A stretch of 64,000 nucleotides of DNA from Opitutia bacterium (GTDB lineage: Bacteria; Verrucomicrobiota; Verrucomicrobiia; Opitutales; Opitutaceae): contig CANJVR010000005.1 of NCBI GenBank assembly GCA_947478395.1, positions 32,001-96,000 of the forward strand, written 5' to 3'. The notes under the pieces were generated by a model. The model was not told where the DNA came from. It saw only the letters and a list, made by a program, of their open reading frames with translations, and did no database searches. A program made the translations under genes and the position numbers. The first letter of the stretch is position 1. Every line of letters starts with the position of its first letter. Positions 1-9,583 of this stretch are shown here, one piece after another.

Positions 1-1
1 T

Positions 2-1378
2 TCCTCGGGCTATCTTAACAACGCCCGCCTCGTGGCCCAAGCCACGACCCATATGCCCCAGCGCGTCGTTCCCGGTTTCGATCTGACCCAGGTCGATGCA
101 TTCGTGTTCATCCCGCTGGGTTTCCGACCGGTCGGCAGCGACCGCATGGCTCCGACTTATCCCATCGGACTGCCGCTTGCTATTGCCGCCACCGCGCAAA
201 TCACCGGCTGGGACGCCGCGCCGCATTTCACGATGGGCGTGTTCGCCGTGCTGGGACTAATCTTCACCGCTGTTCTCGGCCGCAGCGCCGGATTGCCGTG
301 GAGCTGGTCATGGTTCGGCACGCTCATCCTGGCCGCCTGTCCGCTCTACACGTTCCTCGCCGTTCAGCTCATGAGCGACGTGCCCGCCACCGTGTTAACG
401 ATCATGACGGTCGTGGGCGCTTGGCGCAGCCGCCAACACACCGCGTGGGCCGGTCTCGCCGGTCTCGCCATGGCCGCAGGTGTGCTCACGCGCCCGAGCC
501 ATCTCGTCGTCCTGCTCCCTGCCGCCGTTGGCCTCGGGCTGAGCTGGCGCCGCTGGTGCTTGTTCCTCCTCGGTGGATTGCCCGGCGCCGTCCTACAATG
601 CCTCTACAACTGGCACGCTTACGGTCACCCACTTCAATCCGGCTACGGCACGGGCGGCGGATTGTTCTCCCTCGAAATCATCCCGGCTACGCTGCGCAAC
701 TACGCGGAATGGCTGCCCGTTCTCCTCACCCCGGTCGGCCTGCTCGCGTTGATCCTGCCATGGACAAAACGCCGCGAGCCTTTCGCGTGGTTACTCATCG
801 TCTGGATCACCGCCGTACTCGGTTTCTACCTGAGCTATTACCATACCCATGAAACGTGGTGGTACCTTCGCTTCGTGCTACCCGCGTTTCCCGCCTGCAT
901 CGTGGGTGGACTTTGGATCATTCGCAGCTGGTGGTTAAAACGAGCGTCAGCCCGGAATTTTTCTCCGCTTCTGATGCACGCCTCCACCCTCGTACTCGCC
1001 GCCGTCGTGATCGCTCAAGGCGTGTTCTGGGACCTCCGCCTCGACGCTTCCACCACCGGCCGCGGTGAGGCCAAATACCGTAAAACCGTGAAGTGGGCCA
1101 GCGATCACCTGCCGGCAAATGCTACCATTGCCGCCATGCAATGCTCCGGCGCACTCATCTACTACAGCGATTTCACGATCGTCCGCTGGGATATTCTCAG
1201 CCCCGAACAATCCGCCCGTCTCGCCCAAGCGAGCCTCGCCACCGGCCGGCCGCTCTACGCCGTGCTCTGGCCCTTCGAAGTCAAGGACGCGACCGAGGTG
1301 CACATGCCCGGTCGCTGGACCCAGGTGGGCTCGGTGGGCGATGCAACCGTCTGGAAGTGGGCCCCTCCTTCGACTTGA
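2..1378 (+). CDS. Polytopic membrane protein, GT-C/ArnT(PMT_2)-like glycosyltransferase; 5'-partial
   Basis: Frame is open from nt 2 (SSGYLNNARLV...). Many TM helices; motifs PTYPIGLPL, QLMSDVPA, TRPSH, YLRFVLP typical of GT-C fold enzymes. Confidence 0.65.
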   Translation, partial: SSGYLNNARLVAQATTHMPQRVVPGFDLTQVDAFVFIPLGFRPVGSDRMAPTYPIGLPLAIAATAQITGWDAAPHFTMGVFAVLGLIFTAVLGRSAGLPWSWSWFGTLILAACPLYTFLAVQLMSDVPATVLTIMTVVGAWRSRQHTAWAGLAGLAMAAGVLTRPSHLVVLLPAAVGLGLSWRRWCLFLLGGLPGAVLQCLYNWHAYGHPLQSGYGTGGGLFSLEIIPATLRNYAEWLPVLLTPVGLLALILPWTKRREPFAWLLIVWITAVLGFYLSYYHTHETWWYLRFVLPAFPACIVGGLWIIRSWWLKRASARNFSPLLMHASTLVLAAVVIAQGVFWDLRLDASTTGRGEAKYRKTVKWASDHLPANATIAAMQCSGALIYYSDFTIVRWDILSPEQSARLAQASLATGRPLYAVLWPFEVKDATEVHMPGRWTQVGSVGDATVWKWAPPST

Positions 1379-2928
1379 GCCGGAATTCGACGCTCTCCGC
1401 GCGACGCTGGGCTCCGCTGCTCGTGGCGCTCGCGCTCGCTGGGTTTTTCCTAGTCGCGGTGGCCCGCTTCTGGCACCCGGTCTATGGCTTCACTGCACTC
1501 ATCCAACTCGACGCCACGAACGACGATTTAAAAATCGCCGCCTTCCGCGAGCATCCGGTTTACGTCTACCGCGACACCGGCGGCTACGATGGTCTGTACT
1601 ACGCGCAGATCGCTCACCATCCGCTGCTCGATGCCGCGGAGCTAAGGCCGGCGATGGACAATTTTTCATATCGTGCGCGCCGCATCCTACCGCCGGCCGT
1701 GGCTTGGCTGCTCGGAGCCGGTCAGCCGGGAGCCATCATCCACGTTTACGCTTTGCTCAACGCCGGCGTGTGGCTGCTGGCCGCCGTACTGCTCTGGCGG
1801 ATTCTAGCCGTCGCGGATTTTCGCGGTGTGCTCGCGTGGGCCGGAGTTCTTTTCAGCGCCGGCGCCCTGAGCAGTGTACGTTACGCGCTCACGGATTTGC
1901 CCGCACTCACGCTGCTCGCGGCGGCGATGTGGGCCCTTGAACGATCGCGCCCGCGCTCCGCTTCCGGCTGGCTGGCCGCAGCCGCGCTCGCCCGCGAAAC
2001 GGCCTTCGTGGGCGTGGTGGGTCTGCTCGACCGACCGTGGCTCTCCCGCAAGAATCTCCTGACGTTGATCCTCGCGGCCACACCGCTTGCCGGCTGGCTC
2101 ATTTATGTTCGGTGGCGGGTCGGGCCTGCCGACGCCGGCTGGGGAAATTTCACGCTCCCGGTCGCCGGGCTCGTGGAAAAATGGACTGACGTGCTCCGTA
2201 CTGTCGCGCATCCCACGCATCCGCTGCTCGCGTGGACCACCCTGCTCGCCGTAATCGGGCTCACGGTGCAGGCAGGTTTTGTGCTGATCCGTTGGCGCCC
2301 GGCCGATGCCTGGTGGCGGATCGCCGCGGCCTACACCGCGTTGATGCTTATGCTCGGCACGGCCGTATGGGAGGGATTCCCGGGCGCCGCGACGCGAGTG
2401 CTGCTTCCCCTCACGCTGGCTTTCAACGTCGTAGCCGTTCGCACCCGCGCTGCGCTCGCTTGGCTCATACTCGGCAATCTCGGCGTGACAGCGGGTTTGC
2501 TCACGTTTGTCGACGTACCCAACGACTCGCGCGAAATTTTTGCCGCGCGCAGTCATGGCGTCGCGACCTTGGTTCACGTCAACGCCGGCTGGTTCGGCGC
2601 CGAACACACGTTGCGCCACGTCTGGTCCTGGTGCGAAGGGCGTGGGGAGTTGAACTTCGAAACATGGCCGCTTACGCCACTCGCCGGGCAATTCGAATTT
2701 TCGCTGCGCAGCCTCACCCCGCGCACCGTGGTGGTCCGCCAAGCGGGCGTAGAACTCTGGCGTGGGCCCGTGGGCGACAAAGCCGTACGCGTGACATTTC
2801 CCCTCGCGCTCGGTGCCGGCCGGACTCGTCTTGAGTTTTCGAGCGACACGCCTGGCACGCGCGAAAGCCCGAACGCCGACGCGCGTGCGCTGGCCTTCGC
2901 GATTTACGATCCGCGCCTGACTTTCTGA
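1375..2928 (+). CDS. Membrane protein, GT-C-like (cell-surface glycopolymer formation type) with C-terminal soluble domain
   Basis: Probable TTG start at 1375 overlaps the upstream TGA. GYDGLYYAQIA, YRARRILPP and ALARET motifs; about 10 TM segments. Confidence 0.6.
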   Translation: MSRNSTLSARRWAPLLVALALAGFFLVAVARFWHPVYGFTALIQLDATNDDLKIAAFREHPVYVYRDTGGYDGLYYAQIAHHPLLDAAELRPAMDNFSYRARRILPPAVAWLLGAGQPGAIIHVYALLNAGVWLLAAVLLWRILAVADFRGVLAWAGVLFSAGALSSVRYALTDLPALTLLAAAMWALERSRPRSASGWLAAAALARETAFVGVVGLLDRPWLSRKNLLTLILAATPLAGWLIYVRWRVGPADAGWGNFTLPVAGLVEKWTDVLRTVAHPTHPLLAWTTLLAVIGLTVQAGFVLIRWRPADAWWRIAAAYTALMLMLGTAVWEGFPGAATRVLLPLTLAFNVVAVRTRAALAWLILGNLGVTAGLLTFVDVPNDSREIFAARSHGVATLVHVNAGWFGAEHTLRHVWSWCEGRGELNFETWPLTPLAGQFEFSLRSLTPRTVVVRQAGVELWRGPVGDKAVRVTFPLALGAGRTRLEFSSDTPGTRESPNADARALAFAIYDPRLTF

Positions 2929-2966
2929 TTGTCGCCGGGCGCGCGTGCGCAACTTATCCTTGCGCC

Positions 2967-4163
2967 ATGTCTGCCCCGCTTTTGCTCGATCTCACGCACA
3001 CCAGCCACACGCGGGCGCGCACTGGCATCCAGCGCGTGGCTCGCGCCCTCTGGCGCGAATTCGACGGCGAGGTGCAACCCATCACGCACGATCCCCACCT
3101 CGGCGCGTGGCGGGCGTTGGAAACGTGGGAGCTCAAAAATCTTTCCGCCGATTCCTTCAGTTCAAAACGGGGCGCAGCCTGGCCCCTCATGGCAAAACTG
3201 CGCGGCCGCGGCCGCCGTGTTTTTTCTCCTTCCCGCGCTCCGCTCGCCACCGGTCATCCCGCCGCCGGCCTCTTTGTCCCCGAGGTATTTTCTCCGGCCG
3301 TCGCCGCCGCGTTGCCGGCGATATTCGCTGCGGCAAAGGGACCGCGCGCCGCGCTTTTTCACGATGCGATCGCGCTGAAATTTCCCGAACTTACCCCGAC
3401 GAAAACAGTCGGGCGTTTTCCCGCCTACCTGCGCGAGCTGCTTGCGTTCGACGGTATTGCCGCCAACTCCGACGATTCCCGCGACACGCTGCTGGCGTAC
3501 TGGCGCTGGCTCGGCGTGCCGACATCGGCCCAGCCCATCGTCACGACGATCGCCCTCGGCACCGATCTTCGACCCGCGTCATCGCCGCATCCGGCGAGCG
3601 AGATGCCCGCATCGCTCCGCACGGTGCTCTGCGTCGGATCGCTTGAAGGTCGAAAAAATCATCTATCACTCCTCGCCGCCTGCGAAATGCTTTGGACCCA
3701 GGGCGCACGGTTCGATTTGCGTCTGATCGGTCTCGTGCATCCCCAAACCGGTCGGGCCGCGCTGGAGAAAATTCGTGCGCTCCAAGCGGCGGGACGCCCG
3801 TTACGCTACGACGGCCCGGTGACCGATGCCGCGCTGGTGGCCGCTTACGCGGATTGCGCGTTCACCGTTTATCCTTCGCTGATCGAAGGCTTCGGGCTAC
3901 CCGTGCTCGAAAGCCTGGCTCACGGCAAACCGTGTGTTTGCTCGGCCCGCGGCGCGCTCGGCGAAGCGGCGAAGGGCGGCGGTTGTGTGGCCCTCGATGC
4001 GGTCGATGCGCCCCACCTTGCGGCCGCGATCAACCGTCTGCTCACGGCGCCGAACGACCTCCCGGTACTTTCTGCGGCCGCGCGCGCCCGCCCATTTCGC
4101 AGTTGGTCCGACTACCGCCGGGAACTCGACGCCTGGCTGCCTACTCTGCCCCGTCGGGTTTGA
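2967..4163 (+). CDS. Glycosyltransferase family 4 (GT-B)
   Basis: TGIQRV, FHDAI, VGSLEGRKN, PSLIEGFGLPVLESL motifs. Confidence 0.9.
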   Translation: MSAPLLLDLTHTSHTRARTGIQRVARALWREFDGEVQPITHDPHLGAWRALETWELKNLSADSFSSKRGAAWPLMAKLRGRGRRVFSPSRAPLATGHPAAGLFVPEVFSPAVAAALPAIFAAAKGPRAALFHDAIALKFPELTPTKTVGRFPAYLRELLAFDGIAANSDDSRDTLLAYWRWLGVPTSAQPIVTTIALGTDLRPASSPHPASEMPASLRTVLCVGSLEGRKNHLSLLAACEMLWTQGARFDLRLIGLVHPQTGRAALEKIRALQAAGRPLRYDGPVTDAALVAAYADCAFTVYPSLIEGFGLPVLESLAHGKPCVCSARGALGEAAKGGGCVALDAVDAPHLAAAINRLLTAPNDLPVLSAAARARPFRSWSDYRRELDAWLPTLPRRV

Positions 4164-4286
4164 TCGGCGGGCAAGAAAGTTTCATTTTCTCGTTTCGTCT
4201 TTAAAAAAGGGCGAGGTCGGCTGCTCAACCGGACCTGCCTTTGCATTTGCCAACGCTGTTTTCGGACGCATCGTTTCCCCCACGTC

Positions 4287-5483
4287 ATGGCGCTTTCATT
4301 CTTTACCAAAAACAAAAAGGCCGTCCTCAACCGCTTCCGCGACGACTACGCGACGAAGATGCGCCTGAAGTATGATCCCTTCTACCACGCCATGGAGTCA
4401 CAGAAAGGTACGACCGTGCGCCTCCACGGTCGCGACCTTATCATGCTTTCGAGCAACGACTATCTGGGACTTTCCTTTCACCCCAAGGTAATCGAAGCCG
4501 GCCGAGCGGCCCTCCTCAAATGGGGCACTAGCCCGACCGGAGCCCGCATCTCCAACGGTTCCCGCGCCTACCATCTCGAGCTGGAGGAAAAACTCGCAAA
4601 CTTCCTCGGCCGAGAAGCCTGTCACGTCCACTCTGCCGGATATCTTTCGTGTCTCTCGAGCGTGGCGGCCTTTGCCCAAAAGGGCGACGTGATCTTCGCC
4701 GACAAGAACATCCACTCCTGCCTGTGGGAAGGGATTCAACTTTCGCGCGCCACGGTTGAGCGTTTTTCCCACAACAGCCCCGACGATTTTCGCGACGTCG
4801 CCGCCGCCGCCAGCAATGACGCCCCAAAACTTCTCGTCATCGAGGGCGTTTATTCGATGGAAGGTCACATCGCGCGCCTGCCGGAGTTGACGGAAATTGC
4901 CGAGGAGCACGGCTGCTTTACCGTCCTCGACGATGCCCATGGTTTCGGCGTGCTCGGCCGGCAGGGCCGGGGCACGGTCGACCACTTTGGACTCAACGAC
5001 AAAGTCGACGTGATCTGCGGCAGCCTTTCGAAATCACTGGCCAGCACCGGCGGTTTTGTCGCCGCCTCGAAAGAAGCGATCGATTATCTCCGCACGAATT
5101 CGAAGCAGACGGTCTTCAGCGCCGCTCTCAGCCCCAGTCAGGCGGCCTGCGCCCAGGCCTCGCTCGAGCTGATGCAGACCGAGCGCGAGCATCACGAGCG
5201 CCTGTGGGCCAATACCAAAAAATACCGCGCGATTCTTAAAAATCTCGGTCTCGACACATGGGGCAGTGAAACCCCTGCGACACCGATCGTGCTCGGTTCG
5301 AAAGAACGCGTTTATCCCTTCTGGAAAGCACTGCTCGAAAAAGGCGTGTTCACCGTGATGTCGATCGCTCCGGCGGTACCCATCGGCAAAGATCTCATCC
5401 GCACGGCGATCTCCGCCATGCACACGGACGAACAGCTCGAAAAGATCGCCGACGCGATGGCGTACGCCGTCAAGAAACTCTGA
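4287..5483 (+). CDS. PLP-dependent alpha-oxoamine synthase (serine palmitoyltransferase-like; BioF/Kbl family)
   Basis: SNDYLGL, GARISNGS, EGVYSMEG, DDAHGFGVLG, PLP-lysine motif SLSKSLASTGG. Confidence 0.85.
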   Translation: MALSFFTKNKKAVLNRFRDDYATKMRLKYDPFYHAMESQKGTTVRLHGRDLIMLSSNDYLGLSFHPKVIEAGRAALLKWGTSPTGARISNGSRAYHLELEEKLANFLGREACHVHSAGYLSCLSSVAAFAQKGDVIFADKNIHSCLWEGIQLSRATVERFSHNSPDDFRDVAAAASNDAPKLLVIEGVYSMEGHIARLPELTEIAEEHGCFTVLDDAHGFGVLGRQGRGTVDHFGLNDKVDVICGSLSKSLASTGGFVAASKEAIDYLRTNSKQTVFSAALSPSQAACAQASLELMQTEREHHERLWANTKKYRAILKNLGLDTWGSETPATPIVLGSKERVYPFWKALLEKGVFTVMSIAPAVPIGKDLIRTAISAMHTDEQLEKIADAMAYAVKKL

Positions 5484-5498
5484 GCGGGCGTTTATCAA

Positions 5499-5566
5499 GT
5501 AGGGCGGGTGATCCCTAGCCCGTCGTTGGGACTGGGGTTACAAATGGAGCCAAGCCAAAACCGGAC
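5499..5566 (+). repeat. Degenerate copy of ~90-bp GTAG-type REP-like element (family A)
   Basis: GTAGGGCGGGTGATCCCTAGCCCGTCG...GCCAAAACCGG aligns with the 5' two-thirds of 9461-9552. Confidence 0.7.
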
Positions 5567-5606
5567 TTGGCATCCGCGCGGCGCGAGGAAACCGCGGAGC
5601 ATTCGA

Positions 5607-6623
5607 TCACACCATTTCCGCGCGCAGTCGCCCGGCGGTTTCCGCCCACGTCGGAAGCGCCCGTCCGGCTGCCTCGGCGCCCAAACGCGCCAGCCACGGA
5701 TCGTCGGTCAGTGCTTGCCGCAACGCGCGAGTCCACGCGGCGACGTCGTTGACCGGCACGGACACACATCCACCGCCATCCGCATTTTCGCGCAGCACGG
5801 GCAAGTCGCTGCACACGCAGGGCACGCCCATCCATAGTGATTCGAGCAACGGCAAACCGCAGCCTTCGGCCATGGTGGGAAACGCACTCGCCCGGACGCG
5901 CGCGTAAAGCTCCGCCAAGCGCGCATCGTTGGCGGCGGGATGATAATGCAATCCCGCAAATTTTCGCCGCAGCGATTTAACGCGCTGCAGAATCGGCGCG
6001 CCAAAATGCGGATTCACGCGGCCGACGAGATGCAGCTCGAATTTCAAGTCTTCGTTCCACAATACCTCTGCCGCATCAAGCAGCAGCGTTTGATTTTTGC
6101 GCGGCTCCAAAATACCCACGCATACGATGGCCGGAATTTTTCCGTTCGCCGGGGTGTGCACCCGCCGCGCACGGCCGTTAAAATCCGCACCCAAAGCCAG
6201 CACTTCGACCGGCGGGGTATTCGCCTGCTCCTGCCATTGCCAAAATCCAAGCAAATCGTCGCGGCTAGTTTCCGAGACGGCCCAGACGCGTTTAAACCCG
6301 GCGAGCAATTTCAAATAGCTCGGATGTCGCGCCACACTTTGCGGCCAGGTGATATGCGGAAAGCGCAGCGGGATGGCGTCGTGAAAAATCGCGGCCGTCT
6401 GGCACCGCTGCTCGGCGATAAATTCAGCGAAGCCAGGTCGTTCCTCGTGTGAAAACAATTCCGCCGTCAGAAACCAATCCGTCGATTTCACTGCCCGGTC
6501 CCAATCGGGCCAGCGCACCTGGGTTACCGCCGCGCCGAGTTCGTGTGCGAGCCGCTCGCTCACGCGCATCAGGCCCGACCGATGGCCCGCACCGCCCGTC
6601 TTGGTGACGTCGAAAAAAATCAT
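5607..6623 (-). CDS. Glycosyltransferase family 4 (paralog of 2967-4163)
   Basis: Probable ATG at 6623 (MIFFDVT); FHDAIPLRFP, VGILEPRKN, EGCGLPLLESL. Confidence 0.88.
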   Translation of the reverse strand: MIFFDVTKTGGAGHRSGLMRVSERLAHELGAAVTQVRWPDWDRAVKSTDWFLTAELFSHEERPGFAEFIAEQRCQTAAIFHDAIPLRFPHITWPQSVARHPSYLKLLAGFKRVWAVSETSRDDLLGFWQWQEQANTPPVEVLALGADFNGRARRVHTPANGKIPAIVCVGILEPRKNQTLLLDAAEVLWNEDLKFELHLVGRVNPHFGAPILQRVKSLRRKFAGLHYHPAANDARLAELYARVRASAFPTMAEGCGLPLLESLWMGVPCVCSDLPVLRENADGGGCVSVPVNDVAAWTRALRQALTDDPWLARLGAEAAGRALPTWAETAGRLRAEMV

Positions 6624-6694
6624 CGCCGACGATTGGTCACAAACTGGAGAAAAAAGCGATTCCCCTTCCACCCCATTTTTTGAACTTAAAATCC

Positions 6695-6807
6695 TGGCCA
6701 CGAAGAGGCGCGGAAATCCCCCATCCCTCCATCATAATCTCTCTCGCGCCAATCGATGCTCCCATGCTCGGCCGCAGCCATCGACTTTTGGGGCCTCTTA
6801 GTGGCCA
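6695..6807. repeat. ~113-bp MITE-like element with 15-bp imperfect terminal inverted repeats (family D)
   Basis: TGGCCACGAAGAGGC ... GCCTCTTAGTGGCCA (1 mismatch); related element at 58510-58622. Confidence 0.55.
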
Positions 6808-6836
6808 AAATCCCGGATTGAGTTTGCCCGCTTTGC

Positions 6837-8081
6837 TCATCCTTGCGGCCCGGTCCCGGTGCTTCGGGACATTTCCGCGATGGTCGCCTCAAATTTTCCT
6901 AACAAGACGCCGGCGTTTTTGTGGGCGTCGAAATTTTCCTGCACCCACAGCCGCGCCTTTGCCCGCAAGCGCTCCGCCAGCGCATCGTCGTTGGCGAGAC
7001 GCCGCAACGCCGCCACCCAAACCGCAGGCGCATCGGCCGGTGCGACCAAGCCGCTCACCCCGTCGGTGACGGCTTCGGTCGTTCCCGCCGTGGGCGAGGT
7101 GACCACTAGCACCCCGGCCGCCATCGCCTCCGGAATTACATTGGGCAAGCCATCGCGGTCGCCGCTCAACGCAATCACGCCCGTGTGCAGCAACACGTCG
7201 GCCCACGCCAGCTGCGTCCAGACCTCGTGCTGCGGCAGATGGCCGGTGAACGTGACATCCGCCGCCACGCCGAGATGACCCGCCAGTTGTTCCAACGCCG
7301 GACGGAGCGGGCCCTCGCCGACGATACGGGCGGAAAAAGGCACGCCGGCCGCACGGAGGGCCGCATAAATCCGCAGCTGGTGGTCGAGGCCTTTTTTTTC
7401 CACCAGTCGAGCGACGCAGACAAGATTGAGCGGCGCGCGCGATGCCCGTAGCGGCTTCACATTCGGCAGACGATCCAGCCCGCGCCGAATGCGAACAATT
7501 TTTTCGGCCGGCAATCCGTGCGCCACCAGCGCCGTGCGGCCCATCTCTGTCGACGTGTGCACGAACGCCGCATGCTGTAGCTTGTCCCTCAACCACCAAT
7601 CGCCGCCGTGCTCGAAAATATCGTACGCATGGGCCGCCGCGCTGAAACGATGCCCGTCGAGCCGCCAAAGCAGCCAGGCCGCAGTCGCCGGGGCCCCGCC
7701 CCACGCCGCGTGGATCAAAGCGGGTGGATTTTTGCGCAAGCTGCCGGAGAAGATGCAGGCGAATCCGGCGCCAAGCATGTTCTCCCAAAAATTGAGCCAC
7801 GACGGCGGCCGGCGCGTCAGCAAACCGTGCAGCAACTGCTTCAACACATCGGGCCGCCGCCACCCGGTGTACGGAATCATCCACCCCAGCGTGAGCAGCC
7901 GCCATTTATTAAAACGGGTGACCGGCAGGCCGCGAAAACTCCCGCCCCCGCCCCACAGCGAGAAGAGCCGCACCTCCACGCCGTGCGCCCGCATCGCGAT
8001 GATCTCCCGCTGCAAAAACGTTTCCGTGCTCTTGGGAAACGTGGTGAAAAGATAGGCGATGACGGGCTTGGGCGCGGACAA
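6837..8081 (-). CDS. Glycosyltransferase family 4, WcaL-like
   Basis: Probable TTG at 8081; FPKSTETFLQREI, AHAYDIF, VARLVEKKG, DRDGLPNVIPEAMA. Confidence 0.88.
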   Translation of the reverse strand: MSAPKPVIAYLFTTFPKSTETFLQREIIAMRAHGVEVRLFSLWGGGGSFRGLPVTRFNKWRLLTLGWMIPYTGWRRPDVLKQLLHGLLTRRPPSWLNFWENMLGAGFACIFSGSLRKNPPALIHAAWGGAPATAAWLLWRLDGHRFSAAAHAYDIFEHGGDWWLRDKLQHAAFVHTSTEMGRTALVAHGLPAEKIVRIRRGLDRLPNVKPLRASRAPLNLVCVARLVEKKGLDHQLRIYAALRAAGVPFSARIVGEGPLRPALEQLAGHLGVAADVTFTGHLPQHEVWTQLAWADVLLHTGVIALSGDRDGLPNVIPEAMAAGVLVVTSPTAGTTEAVTDGVSGLVAPADAPAVWVAALRRLANDDALAERLRAKARLWVQENFDAHKNAGVLLGKFEATIAEMSRSTGTGPQG

Positions 8082-8197
8082 GATGAAGCAAGCTAGAGTC
8101 CTCCGCCCGCTCCGGCCAAGCCGATTGCGCAAAACGTGAAGCTAGCTCGAGATTTGACCTCGGAACTCCGCCGGGTTTTCGCTTTCCATACGTTGCC

Positions 8198-8854
8198 GTG
8201 AAAAAACACCCCTCCTCCTTCGGCCTGGCCTTGATCTTTTCCCTGGCGGCAGCGGCTTCCGCTCGCGCCGAAACCGCGCCCGCCAATCCCCTCTCCGAAC
8301 TCAAACCACCGGCTTCGGCAGTCACGGATAGCACCACCGCCCCGCGCCGGCCGCGGGTGATTTCGCCCGAAGTCGCTGCGTCGCTCGCCGCCGCGATGCC
8401 GAAATATGCTCCACCAAAGCCGGTGGAAAAAAAGGCCGAGGAAGCCCCGGCACCTGATTTGCGCGAGACCGACAAACCGAAAAACGAAATTCCGCGTCTG
8501 CCGACGGTCGTCGTGCGGGCCCAGCGCGATCCGATTTTCCGCGAACGCGACGTCAATACGCCCGAAAGCCTGGCAGCTATCGCGCGCAAACGCTACCTAA
8601 GTGAAATGGACGGCGGAGTGCTCAACCGTTGGAATCTTTTCGGCACTCGCAGCCTCCTGCAATCCGACGCCACCACCGGCCGCGCGCTTCAAATGTATGC
8701 CGACGAGGAGCGTTTAAAAAATATGGCCCAGCTCAGCGACGATGCCGGCCTCGTCAGCGCCCGTGACAAAGCCGACGGCGCGTACATCAAACGCGAGGCC
8801 CTCAAAATCAATCAACGCACGGACGACTTCGGCTGGAAAAATAACAACAAATAG
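8198..8854 (+). CDS. Hypothetical exported protein
   Basis: GTG start, signal-peptide-like N-terminus (...AAASARA), Pro/Ala-rich linker; fills the gap between neighbours. Confidence 0.75.
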   Translation: MKKHPSSFGLALIFSLAAAASARAETAPANPLSELKPPASAVTDSTTAPRRPRVISPEVAASLAAAMPKYAPPKPVEKKAEEAPAPDLRETDKPKNEIPRLPTVVVRAQRDPIFRERDVNTPESLAAIARKRYLSEMDGGVLNRWNLFGTRSLLQSDATTGRALQMYADEERLKNMAQLSDDAGLVSARDKADGAYIKREALKINQRTDDFGWKNNNK

Positions 8855-8898
8855 CGGCGCGTCAGGCGTCGCTCGGCCGAGTAATCCCACCGACTGCC

Positions 8899-9432
8899 AT
8901 GTCCGCCGTCTCGAATCCTTCGCTCCCCTAGATACCGATTCTTACGATCCGCGGGCAACGCGTCATGCTCGATAGCGATCTCGCGCGGCTCTACGGAGTC
9001 CCGACGAAAGTTTTCAACCAAACCGTACGGCGAAACATCGATCGTTTTCCATCGGACTTTCGTTTGCAGCTGACGGACGACCAGCGGGCGAACTTGAGGT
9101 CACAAACTGTGACCTCAAAAAATTCCCGCCGCGGCCAGCATGGGAAATATCTCCCCTTCGTCTACACCGAGCACGGCGCGATCATGGCCGCCACGATTCT
9201 CCGTAGCTCGCGCGCCGTGGCCATGAGCGTCTATGTCGTCCGCGCGTTCGTTCAGATGCGCGACGCCCAGCTGACGAACGCCGTCGTCCTCAAGCGGCTG
9301 GCGCAGCTGGACAAGAAACTCTTGGAGCACGACGTCGTGCTGCAGGACGTCGTAGAAAAACTCCTCCCGCTCCTTAATCCACCCGTTCCGCCGCCAAAGC
9401 CCCGCATCGGTTTCCACCCGGGAAGTCTCTGA
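8899..9432 (+). CDS. ORF6N-domain DNA-binding protein; in-frame TAG at 8929-8931 (possible pseudogene, or start at 8965)
   Basis: IRGQRVMLDSDLARLYGV, NQTVRRNIDRFPSDF, PFVYTEHGAIMAATILRS, C-terminal RIGF. Confidence 0.85.
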
Positions 9433-9460
9433 GAGCGCGTCGAAAAAAGATAAGTCCGAA

Positions 9461-9552
9461 GGTAGGGCGGGTTATCCCTAAACCCGCCACTGCGACTCGG
9501 CTCACGGAGGGAGCGACGCCAAACCGGCGCGTTAAGGATAACACGCCCTACC
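9461..9552 (+). repeat. GTAG-type REP-like doublet (family A, best-preserved copy)
   Basis: GGTAGGGCGGGTTATCCCTAA...TTAAGGATAACACGCCCTACC terminal inverted repeats; sits between convergent genes. Confidence 0.85.
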
Positions 9553-9583
9553 CATTTAAGCCGCCCCGGCCGTCGCCCCGTTC

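Noticed and set aside
8965..9432. Prophage remnant suggested by ORF6N
   Set aside because: No other phage, integrase or att features nearby; solitary ORF6N genes are common on chromosomes
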